DNA of 64,000 nucleotides from the sequence record PP942979.1. One strand, 5' to 3'. Below the pieces are notes generated by a model. It ran no database searches and was not told the DNA's origin. It worked only from the letters and a program-made list of their open reading frames with translations. Shown in pieces: positions 48,963 through 57,993 of this stretch (the first letter of the stretch is position 1; the number at the start of each line of letters is the position of its first letter). Position numbers and translations under genes: made by a program.

Positions 48963-49880
48963 TTATACTAAAATGTTGCCGCTATCCCACCACTGCTTGC
49001 CGTAAATATCAGACAGGCGATAGTCAAGAATAAGTGGCAGGTCAAGGTCGACTTGCGTTATGGTTCGCATCAATGAAGGACTCCAAACTGTTTTCTCCTC
49101 AGTGTAGAGTCTAATCTCCAGTTCAATGTCGCCTTGTGAGTTCTTCGGTACGAACGGACTGGAGAAGTCTCCATCAAAGCCCGCACCAAGAGAGTCGTCA
49201 AAGTAAGTGTACGCACGAATTTCTTCCGCAGTATTAATCACGGTCGGCGCATACGTCTGACGGTTATAGTAGGACGTGTAATCCGCAACGGTTGATTGAA
49301 GAGGCACACGTCGCTTGTAGATACGTGTTACACCTTTGCTGTCTGTCTCTGCGCGGTACTGATTGTAGTACCAGTTTATCTGCGCAAACTTAACAGGCTT
49401 CAAAGTCTCCTGACCAGCAGCATACTTCATGAACGGCTTCGCAGTGAAACGGTGGTATGTCTTCTGCGTGTTCAATCGGTAAAGCAGAATCTGGTACGTG
49501 TACCACTGATAAACATCAAGGGTAATCGTTCCTGAGTCAGACTGTTGCGTACCGTTAGTCAGGATGTAGGAGAAGCAGTCAGCACCAACGTAACCACTTC
49601 TCGAACTGTAGATAAACGCTTCGTTGAAAGTGTTTAGCCGCACAGTGCCTACCATAGGGTCATTGACCTTAATAGCAGAAAGGCGCCAACCCCTTTGAGC
49701 TGGCACCTTATCAAGCACACCCTCAGTCGGGCTATGCAGTGTCACTTCATCACGAGCGCCCTGTAAGATCTTTTCGAGTGTTATCTCAGTTTCACCTGAG
49801 TTACGCACCCGCACTGTCAGGTTCGGAGCCAGTGGCTTATAGTTACGCCAGTAGTCGAACGTACAAGGCAAAGAGAGCAT
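48963..49880 (-). CDS. Ig-like (Big_9/cadherin-like) domain protein
   Basis: FIY....GYVG.D.FSY.LT.G......TITL.V motif; GGAG RBS before ATG at 49880. Confidence 0.7.
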   Translation of the reverse strand: MLSLPCTFDYWRNYKPLAPNLTVRVRNSGETEITLEKILQGARDEVTLHSPTEGVLDKVPAQRGWRLSAIKVNDPMVGTVRLNTFNEAFIYSSRSGYVGADCFSYILTNGTQQSDSGTITLDVYQWYTYQILLYRLNTQKTYHRFTAKPFMKYAAGQETLKPVKFAQINWYYNQYRAETDSKGVTRIYKRRVPLQSTVADYTSYYNRQTYAPTVINTAEEIRAYTYFDDSLGAGFDGDFSSPFVPKNSQGDIELEIRLYTEEKTVWSPSLMRTITQVDLDLPLILDYRLSDIYGKQWWDSGNILV

Positions 49881-49882
49881 AA

Positions 49883-51829
49883 TCACTCCAGTTTGTATTT
49901 GCTCTTGAACTCCGCAATGCTCATAACAGGAATGCCCTTGTCAATCGCTTTCTGTAGCTTCGCGGAACCAGAGCCAGGGTCTTTAGCGATCAGTATCGTC
50001 GTATCAGCTTTCATGCTGTCAGACGCCGTACCGCCAAGTTGGACAATACGCTGCATCAATTCTTTATCGCGGATGCCGGTGAATGCTACGTTAATCCCTT
50101 TCAGTTTGGCGCTAACCACCTTCACCTTCTTCGGAGCAACGAGAGTCACTTCCATCTCAACAGCCATCAGATAAGACTTAATGGCCGCATCTGCGATCTG
50201 TGGCGCCAGCTTATCAACACCGTGCATACTGCTAATCTTTGTTGCTAGGTCAGCAGTATTACCTTTCTTCAAATAAGATTCGAGGTTAGGCACAGCATCA
50301 ACAACCTTATCAAACGTTGTGTTAGCGCCGCGCATGAAGTATGAAGCGGTAGCTTTAAGCCACGTATTCATCGGCACGCCAGCTTTCAACGCTTTCAGGT
50401 CTTTGGCAAGTTGACGACCACGAGAGTCACCAACGATCTCACGCAGCGTTGCCATAGGAGTCATGAACAATTGCTGAGGAGTTTTAACGCCAGAAGCAAC
50501 AAGCAGCTTACACGTACTCGGTCCAGTGTTCGCAACGTCAAGCCCTTTCAAGAACGAGCCAAGCATACGAGAGTCAGCAGCACTGGTCTTCGTCTTAGCA
50601 ACGAACTCAACGCCATTGATCTTGTACTGTACGTCAGGCAGCTTAGGCTTCTTAGCAGGCTTGAGAATCTCCATGATGTATGGGATTACCTTGCCGCTTC
50701 GAATCAACTTAACCTTAGCACCTGGGCCAAGAGGACGCTTAGGTCCCATGACAGCACCTTTCTTCTTCGGCTTGAGATAGCCGTGCTCAACGTAGAAACC
50801 GTTGTGCGCAGAAGCACGTTCAACCGTAACACCGCCAGGCATAACAGTAGGCGGGAAGATTGCAACAGGAGCCAGCACACCGTACTTGGACTCTTGATAG
50901 ATTACGTCTTTGACAGTCACGATAACAGTGTCTGACTCAACGTTCATCTTGAACTTGAAAGCGTGTTTAGGATTGCTCGCAGTAGCTTTCGGCGTAGGAA
51001 CATCACGGGTCATTACGATGCCGTCGAGTTCATACTTCGCCTTAGCGATGCGTTTATCCAGCCACGGAATGAGTTCTTCTTCCGACTCAAAACGCATAGG
51101 GCCGAAGTGGCGAACTACTTCGAATCCCCATTTCTCCAGCAGCTTGAACTGCGAAGACTGTTTGAGCGTAGCACCTTTACCGCCGATGATACCGAAGCAC
51201 ACCATGTGGACGTACTTGAACTCTTTGGCTGTTTCGAAGTTACGAACAAGACCCGATGCAGCGTTACGCGCGGCTTTGAAGCGACCACCAGCAGACTCAT
51301 GCAGCTTTGCCATAAAGGTCTTGTATGGGATTAACGCTTCACAGCGTAACACCACTTGGCCCTTCTCAGAGATCTTCTGAGGAATACGCATAGCAGGCAG
51401 ATGCTGCGACACGTCTTTACCATGAGTTGCATCACCACGAGTAAGCGCACGAACAGGTACGCCACCTTCGTAGACGATTTCAATACTCAGGCCGTCGAGC
51501 TTGTCAGTCAGAATCCAGTCCACGTCTTCGGCGAGAGCTTTTGTTAATTGCTTACCACCAAGTGTGAACTGGTCAAGACTTGCCATTGGCACAGGCAGCT
51601 TAACGTCAGAGTCATCACGCGCACCGACTTTACGCGCCAGCTTAGACTTAGGCCAGCGCTTGTCTATGTATGTACGGATGTAATCGTACACCGCGTCCGA
51701 TATCAGACCTTCCGAATCAGTGTGGAACGCATCATCAAGATGCGCCACAAGTTTCGTTGCCTGCGTCAAATTGAGCGTGTCGAGAATCTTATCAGGATTC
51801 TTTTCGAGCCGCTTCAAAGAGATTTGCAT
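49883..51829 (-). CDS. ligA: NAD-dependent DNA ligase
   Basis: ISD..YD, KLDG adenylation motif, TRGD...G.DV, DGIV, AFK and C-terminal BRCT domain; GGAG RBS before ATG at 51829. Confidence 0.92.
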   Translation of the reverse strand: MQISLKRLEKNPDKILDTLNLTQATKLVAHLDDAFHTDSEGLISDAVYDYIRTYIDKRWPKSKLARKVGARDDSDVKLPVPMASLDQFTLGGKQLTKALAEDVDWILTDKLDGLSIEIVYEGGVPVRALTRGDATHGKDVSQHLPAMRIPQKISEKGQVVLRCEALIPYKTFMAKLHESAGGRFKAARNAASGLVRNFETAKEFKYVHMVCFGIIGGKGATLKQSSQFKLLEKWGFEVVRHFGPMRFESEEELIPWLDKRIAKAKYELDGIVMTRDVPTPKATASNPKHAFKFKMNVESDTVIVTVKDVIYQESKYGVLAPVAIFPPTVMPGGVTVERASAHNGFYVEHGYLKPKKKGAVMGPKRPLGPGAKVKLIRSGKVIPYIMEILKPAKKPKLPDVQYKINGVEFVAKTKTSAADSRMLGSFLKGLDVANTGPSTCKLLVASGVKTPQQLFMTPMATLREIVGDSRGRQLAKDLKALKAGVPMNTWLKATASYFMRGANTTFDKVVDAVPNLESYLKKGNTADLATKISSMHGVDKLAPQIADAAIKSYLMAVEMEVTLVAPKKVKVVSAKLKGINVAFTGIRDKELMQRIVQLGGTASDSMKADTTILIAKDPGSGSAKLQKAIDKGIPVMSIAEFKSKYKLE

Positions 51830-51867
51830 GTTATTCTCCATTCGTCAGTAACACTGGTATTTACAGT

Positions 51868-53739
51868 CTAGCTGGCGATTGGGTCTTTGTTGACGGGATA
51901 ATCTTCGGCCATGTCGAGCACACGATTGAACAGCTTAGGCGCCATATCCTTCACATGTTCTGCATAGTCAAAGAGGTTCTGTTTACGCGCACGGTTAACA
52001 CGTACCTGACGCACTTCATCAGGACTGTTGGTAATATCGTACAGCGTATAGATAACGATGTTGTCGGACTTGGAGTGAGTGCTAACACGCAGCACAACCC
52101 AATCACGTTTCAACTTAGCGTCAGCGCGGAACTGGAGCACGTCGCCTTCTTCTGCCTCTTCTGCGCGAGCGCTTGGAGTAGATTTGTTGGCAGCAGCGAT
52201 TTTCTTCGCTGTCTCTTTCGATTCCTGCTCGGCGGCAGCAACATCAGAGTCCGTGTCTTCGTCAGCGGAAGTTTCGTCTACTGCATCAGATGCGTCTGCA
52301 TCATCCTCGGCATCGGAGGTATCTTCGTCGCTGTCGTCACCTTCTGAATCAGCTCCTCCGTCGTCGGCATCGTCATCATCCACGGATTCGTCGTCGGAGT
52401 CATCTCCCTCATCAGAATCGTCTGTATCGCTATCGTCAGAGTCTTCTTCCACATCGGTGTCTTCCTCTTCTTCGCCGTCATCTTCGGAAGTGTCTTCATC
52501 TTCTGAAGGTTCTTCTTCCTCATCCTCTTCTTCGGCCGGAGCAGGCGAAGCTTTCTTGCCTTTAGCACGAACCTTAGGCGGAGGTGTATCTTCCTCATCC
52601 TCTTCCGGTTCGTCAATATCAGACAGGTCGAGAGAAGGTTCTTCGTGGTCTTCTGAGTCATCACCACCAAACAGTGAGCCTACAGAATCTTCGATGTTGA
52701 ACGCATCGCCAGCGAATGGACTGCGAGACAGAATATCTTCCAGCTTCTGCTCGTCAAGATCAAGATCGATACCTACTTCTTCGATCTCGTCATCCAGAAT
52801 TTCTTCTTCAACCACACGAATACGCTTACCGCGACGGTCGATACCATCTTCGTAGACAGTACGCACTTCGGCTTTAGGTGCTTCGATCTCACCTGACTTA
52901 ACCTTGTTGCGCAGGTCACGCATTTCAGCAGAACGCTCTAAGGCTTTCTTACGCGCTTCTTTCTGGAGTTCTTTGCGTTGTTGCTTCTGCTCCAGAACTT
53001 TTGCGTTGTTGGCCAAGCGTGTTGCTTCTTCCTGCTCTTCCTGAGAACGACGACGAGCACGACGCACAACACGACGATAAGCCTTAATCGTATCTACGTC
53101 AACAGTGCCTTTCGGCCAGTCATTCATAGGAAGAATATTGGTGTCATGAATCAACAGGTCGTATTGCGCGTCGTCAACTTTCAGGAACATGCCCTCAGAG
53201 TTAATGACGATGCCGCCTTTACCCTGACGCAAGAAACGAACACCAATCATATCGTTCTTGTACAGCTTGGTGATACCCTTAGAAGTCTTCACAGGGTATT
53301 CAGGACTTGCGACCATGCGCCACTGGTAGTTGTCAAAGTCGATGCCGTAAACAGCTTCTGACTTGACCTTACGCGGGCTGAAACGTGCTGCATCAAACTG
53401 AGAGCGCATCAACTGACGCTGTAGCGTCTGTGCACCAGCAGTCTTGGTGCGCTTGCCATCACGATTAACAACGTCTGGCACTTTACGCAGTTTAGATGCG
53501 CGTTCCATCAGGAACAGGCCAGTTGCTTTATCGAGCGGGAAGTCAACGTGCGGCATATCTGGGAAAATGAGAGTGTAGCGTCCGCCATTTCTCAGCGGAA
53601 GGATGCCGAATATATCGCCTTCACGAATCATGCGCTTATGCGTTCGTTGTGCGACTTCTTTTCCACGAGGACCTGTATACTTCATCCACGCGTACTTCGA
53701 CACGGCATCCTGATAAGATGCAGATACGGAAAGTACCAT
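51868..53739 (-). CDS. Acidic hypothetical protein (putative internal head protein)
   Basis: Two copies of the shared beta-rich domain, a coiled coil and a ~200-residue D/E-rich tract; GCTAATTT upstream. Confidence 0.75.
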   Translation of the reverse strand: MVLSVSASYQDAVSKYAWMKYTGPRGKEVAQRTHKRMIREGDIFGILPLRNGGRYTLIFPDMPHVDFPLDKATGLFLMERASKLRKVPDVVNRDGKRTKTAGAQTLQRQLMRSQFDAARFSPRKVKSEAVYGIDFDNYQWRMVASPEYPVKTSKGITKLYKNDMIGVRFLRQGKGGIVINSEGMFLKVDDAQYDLLIHDTNILPMNDWPKGTVDVDTIKAYRRVVRRARRRSQEEQEEATRLANNAKVLEQKQQRKELQKEARKKALERSAEMRDLRNKVKSGEIEAPKAEVRTVYEDGIDRRGKRIRVVEEEILDDEIEEVGIDLDLDEQKLEDILSRSPFAGDAFNIEDSVGSLFGGDDSEDHEEPSLDLSDIDEPEEDEEDTPPPKVRAKGKKASPAPAEEEDEEEEPSEDEDTSEDDGEEEEDTDVEEDSDDSDTDDSDEGDDSDDESVDDDDADDGGADSEGDDSDEDTSDAEDDADASDAVDETSADEDTDSDVAAAEQESKETAKKIAAANKSTPSARAEEAEEGDVLQFRADAKLKRDWVVLRVSTHSKSDNIVIYTLYDITNSPDEVRQVRVNRARKQNLFDYAEHVKDMAPKLFNRVLDMAEDYPVNKDPIAS

Positions 53740-53772
53740 GTTATTGTCTCTATGTTGTACAAACACACGATG

Positions 53773-53780
53773 AAATTAGC
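53773..53780 (-). promoter_or_regulatory. Putative phage late promoter GCTAATTT
   Basis: Just after a hairpin, ~34 nt before the ATG at 53739. Confidence 0.65.
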
Positions 53781-53791
53781 TTGCGCAAGGT

Positions 53792-53814
53792 AAAGCGGGG
53801 ATTAACCCCCGCTT
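53792..53814 (-). terminator. Probable terminator hairpin
   Basis: AAGCGGGG/CCCCGCTT stem overlapping the stop of 53802..57938; short U-tract. Confidence 0.55.
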
Positions 53815-56800
53815 AAATATCCTCTCGCGGCACAGGACATAGAACCACAAGATTCTTCGCACACGGTAATCTGCGCCCAAGTCCAGTAACCATTAGGCTG
53901 CTGGATAGCATATACCACAGAAGGATCGAAGCCCCAGACCTGAGTAGCGTTTTGTAGCGCCTCAAGTTCCGTAGCAAAATAGCCCTCTTCAAGAGGCTTA
54001 TCAATCGAACCGTGGTTAGGCTCTACAGTCCACGCCTCAACTACAGGCGCAAGAACTGCATAGACTTTACTGTTAGCCTTACGCGTCTTCTGAATCTCAA
54101 CACGAATAGGCTTAGGCGTAACAGGATTACCTGCCTGACGAGCAACAGCGATGACCTTGCTTGAGTTGATCTGACGTCCCTTCATCTGATCAGTCTTGGC
54201 GGACTGACTTGTACCGATGTTCTGACCTTCGATCAGGTGACGATACACGATAGGGTTGTCATATGCAGCAGGACCATACGCCTCTACTTGTCCAGCAATC
54301 AGCTTCGTCTGATACCAATCGCCTTTTGCCGTATCTACCTTGTACCACACAGGATGCTCAGAACGCTCAGGCGTCGAAGGGTCCAGATGATAGATTGGTG
54401 AGATAGGTGCGCGACGCACAAACGGAATCTCAGGCAAGAACAGAACAATCGGATGGTAGATAGGGTCAACATACGCAGCAATCATTGCGTCTACTTTGTA
54501 TGTCGGTGACTCTGCTATCCATTGAGGTCTTGCCCACCCAACATGATATACCGCAGCTGGTGGAACATAACGCGCTTCGGTCATCTCTTGTGAATACACA
54601 CCACCAACAGATGCTTGGCGTGGCACAAGTGGGTCAACATGATTTAGGCCCAGATCCGTAACGTATCTCGGCACAAGACCATCAGCAGGATAAACACCCT
54701 TAGGCTGCGTGTACTTCGGCAATATCTGATCAGACTTAGCCTTGATGCCAGAGCGGTACTGAGGCTTACGCACTTCGAAATACTGAGGTGCTTCATCCAG
54801 ATGCTCAATGAAGTTGTTGATGAACGTGTCACTAACAACGTAAAGAGCCTCAGTGAAGTCAGGCCAGAACGTATCTGAGACGACAGCAGGACCTTCGATT
54901 GCCTCGAACAGTGGGAATGAGTCTGGCGTATCAACAGTGCCTTGCGTCAGTTCAAACAGAGGGAAGGTGTCTGAGGTAACGCTCTCGGTCTTATCGACAA
55001 ACGCAGGAAGAGGTGTCGTTGTAATAACGTCCTTCTGGCCTTGCGTAAGCTCGAACAGGTCGAACTTGTCGAGTACAATGTCCGAGCGAGCAATAAGATC
55101 AACCATGCGGAAGTTATCCACAAAGTATTTATGCCCAGTGATGAACTCAGGACCCGCAACTGTCTGACCGATGATAGCAGAATCACTCTCAATCGTACGG
55201 CCAGTAGAATCCCCAACGTGCGTCTGCGCGTCTTCGAACTCAAGCCATTGTAGCTGTCTGTCAAGCTCAGGGTCATACACAGGCGTGACAACAACCACAG
55301 CGCTGCCTTGCGCTTCATACGATCTGGCGGCGAACGCATCGAATGCCTGTGCTACACCATCGACGTATGAGGCATCGAACTCTTGAACGGAGTGTTCAGC
55401 GTAAGCAGTGTACGACGGATCAACCGTCATATCATACAGCCAGCCGAACGGTGCATTACCAAACATTAACGTGTGCGGTTGATCGTGTGACGGCAGCCCG
55501 TATATCTTGAGCATTGTGTCGGCACACTCAAACGGACCTATATGCAGTCCCTGCTCTTTGTACACGCCACGCGAATCAAGTTCCTGTTCGACACGCACAC
55601 CATCAACGTCAAGCAACATACCTGCAGGAGCGGTGATGTACGTCCAGAAGTTATCTGGGATGTTATCGACAAACAGGTCACCACTATCGCCCATGACATA
55701 ACGCTCTGCGCGTTTAGTAGGAGCTGGCGTACCAAGCCACTGAGCATCAGCCCACACGTACCATTCATAGCTATACTGGTCAGAATGGAATTTAATCGTG
55801 TACTGCTTATTCTCTGTGGGCGTGAACTTGATGTTGGTAGTGCCGTTCACAGGCAGGGTAACCGACTGGCCACCTTGAGCGAACTCTGCATCAGTCGTGT
55901 CGATAGTCAACGTCAGAGGGATTGTGCCAGTGTTCTTGAACACATCCGACTGAACTTGCTTACCGACAGGCATATATGCCCAATGACGACCCACTTCAAT
56001 CTGCGCTTCGACAACGGTAAACAAACCAAAGCGAGAACTGCCTTGACCTACCGTTACATCAATATGCGTGGTGTCGTTAGCGTGGAGAACTTCAAAGCCC
56101 AGCTTTTGATTGTTGCGAATGAATACAGGCATTGCTGCTTGCACACCATCCACATAAATCTTAACTCGGTCATAGTCCTCTACACCATCCACCAGCACAG
56201 ATACAGGCACGGACACGTTGATGCCACTGATGGTAACATCTTCGGTGCGGTTCCATGTATCATTGTCGATGCCTAAGATGTTCTGCCACGCAAAAGCGTT
56301 AGGCGTATCGTCAGCTTTCATCTCGAACTGATAAACAGATCGACCGATAGAAATCGGGAATGACGTGCTGGTGATATACGCATGGCTCAGCGTGATAGTA
56401 ACTTCCTGACCGTCGAACACTTTCGTTACAGGTACGGTCGTGGTAGTCGTAACCTCTTTGCCGTCAACAATATCAGTCGTGATAACATCAATCGTTGCAG
56501 CAACGGTCACACCTGCAGGCGCAGTGATAGGAAGACCGATATCAGGGTCACCAGCGTCAACAACCACTTTGAACGTAACAGTCTGGCCTAAGTTGATAGC
56601 ACTCAGGTCAGGCATGTTCACCGTGTAATCACGGATAGCGATATGCTTCAAGCCAGTAGTAGGACGCGCTGCATAATAGAACAGACGGTCATACGTATCT
56701 TCCTGACTGTACGGCGGCGTCAGGAGTTCGATATACGGCCAACCAGAGCGCGTCTGAGTAGGCGTATCAGCAGTAGTGAAATCGAACAAAGCATTGCTGC

Positions 56801-57938
56801 CGTTCGTGTCCATACCAGCAACTAACTTACCACCGGCTGAGGTCCATGATGCAGTCGTGTTAAACACAACGAGGTCATTCGCCACCATAGGACGAGCCGC
56901 TACGTTCTGTACGTTATCACGCAGGTTGAACTGATAGATGTTCGTACCATCATGGCCGAATACCAGCAATGAACTTGGGACGAACTGATACCAGAAGACT
57001 GATGCAGGTGCAGCGGCAGTGTTACCGCCAATCAGTCTACCATCAAGCGTTGAAAGCACATCGTAACTGTCAGAGCCGTTAACGTAGAAGTAGTCTGACT
57101 TAACAGACGTTTCAGCAAACGAGGCATTCAGGTAATGCGCACGTCCTTCCTTGTCAAACGCAACATAGCTATCAACAGTGTTTGAACCAACACCCGCACG
57201 ACGACACACAACACGGTTGACTTCATATCCGAGTTGCTTAGGCTCACCGAACTGCGTCATCGCTTCATCAAGCACGTCAATCTGACCGGACTCGTGGAAG
57301 ACAACGGCGCTACGCTTACCTGTAGAGTCGTAACTGATCTTATAGCCTGCAATATCAACGTCGTACATGCCGCCGAAGATTTTCGTATTCGACACGTCAC
57401 CGTCAGTGTGGATGTAATACAGAGTACGAGCCGCACGGTCGTGGACGATTGATACAGGCTTGGTTAAATCAAAGAACGTGGAATCAAAGTCCGAGAACTT
57501 AGCCACGCTGCCCTGTTGCATGTCCTGCACGGTAGGGATTCGAACACCCCCACCAAGTACAAGCCCGCCGTAGGTAGGGTTGACAGCAGCGCCCAAAGGC
57601 ATTGCATCCATACCTTTCGTCACAAGACGATAGTCCAACTCTTTCGTCTGTGGTCTGACGAAGATGCGAGACAGTGAATGCACAAGCACCCACAAATCAC
57701 CGTCCTTGTAATACAGCAGAACAGGTTGCGTCGCAGAGGCAGAGACCGTTACTGTAGCAGCGAGAGCAACAGCATAGTCAGAACCAGAACTCGGCGAGAT
57801 ATCCTTTTCTGTAGTTGAATCAGCAAACGTACCGCCAGATACACGGAACGTTAGTGTATCAGTATGGCCGGGAACAGATACGTTACCAGACCAGGACTGA
57901 ACACCGGTAGCTGATACAACAGGAATCATTTCAGCCAT
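53802..57938 (-). CDS. Large virion structural protein (tail/fibre-associated)
   Basis: 1378 aa, beta-rich; DDTPNAF.W module, internal short repeats and a Cys-rich C-terminus. Confidence 0.7.
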   Translation of the reverse strand: MAEMIPVVSATGVQSWSGNVSVPGHTDTLTFRVSGGTFADSTTEKDISPSSGSDYAVALAATVTVSASATQPVLLYYKDGDLWVLVHSLSRIFVRPQTKELDYRLVTKGMDAMPLGAAVNPTYGGLVLGGGVRIPTVQDMQQGSVAKFSDFDSTFFDLTKPVSIVHDRAARTLYYIHTDGDVSNTKIFGGMYDVDIAGYKISYDSTGKRSAVVFHESGQIDVLDEAMTQFGEPKQLGYEVNRVVCRRAGVGSNTVDSYVAFDKEGRAHYLNASFAETSVKSDYFYVNGSDSYDVLSTLDGRLIGGNTAAAPASVFWYQFVPSSLLVFGHDGTNIYQFNLRDNVQNVAARPMVANDLVVFNTTASWTSAGGKLVAGMDTNGSNALFDFTTADTPTQTRSGWPYIELLTPPYSQEDTYDRLFYYAARPTTGLKHIAIRDYTVNMPDLSAINLGQTVTFKVVVDAGDPDIGLPITAPAGVTVAATIDVITTDIVDGKEVTTTTTVPVTKVFDGQEVTITLSHAYITSTSFPISIGRSVYQFEMKADDTPNAFAWQNILGIDNDTWNRTEDVTISGINVSVPVSVLVDGVEDYDRVKIYVDGVQAAMPVFIRNNQKLGFEVLHANDTTHIDVTVGQGSSRFGLFTVVEAQIEVGRHWAYMPVGKQVQSDVFKNTGTIPLTLTIDTTDAEFAQGGQSVTLPVNGTTNIKFTPTENKQYTIKFHSDQYSYEWYVWADAQWLGTPAPTKRAERYVMGDSGDLFVDNIPDNFWTYITAPAGMLLDVDGVRVEQELDSRGVYKEQGLHIGPFECADTMLKIYGLPSHDQPHTLMFGNAPFGWLYDMTVDPSYTAYAEHSVQEFDASYVDGVAQAFDAFAARSYEAQGSAVVVVTPVYDPELDRQLQWLEFEDAQTHVGDSTGRTIESDSAIIGQTVAGPEFITGHKYFVDNFRMVDLIARSDIVLDKFDLFELTQGQKDVITTTPLPAFVDKTESVTSDTFPLFELTQGTVDTPDSFPLFEAIEGPAVVSDTFWPDFTEALYVVSDTFINNFIEHLDEAPQYFEVRKPQYRSGIKAKSDQILPKYTQPKGVYPADGLVPRYVTDLGLNHVDPLVPRQASVGGVYSQEMTEARYVPPAAVYHVGWARPQWIAESPTYKVDAMIAAYVDPIYHPIVLFLPEIPFVRRAPISPIYHLDPSTPERSEHPVWYKVDTAKGDWYQTKLIAGQVEAYGPAAYDNPIVYRHLIEGQNIGTSQSAKTDQMKGRQINSSKVIAVARQAGNPVTPKPIRVEIQKTRKANSKVYAVLAPVVEAWTVEPNHGSIDKPLEEGYFATELEALQNATQVWGFDPSVVYAIQQPNGYWTWAQITVCEESCGSMSCAARGYLSGG

Positions 57939-57962
57939 TGTTCACCTCACGAAACAGAAACT

Positions 57963-57986
57963 AAAAAGGGCGCCCGAAGGCACCCT
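57963..57986 (-). terminator. Rho-independent terminator with UUCG loop
   Basis: AGGGUGCC-UUCG-GGCGCCCUUUUU. Confidence 0.85.
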
Positions 57987-57993
57987 GTGAGGA

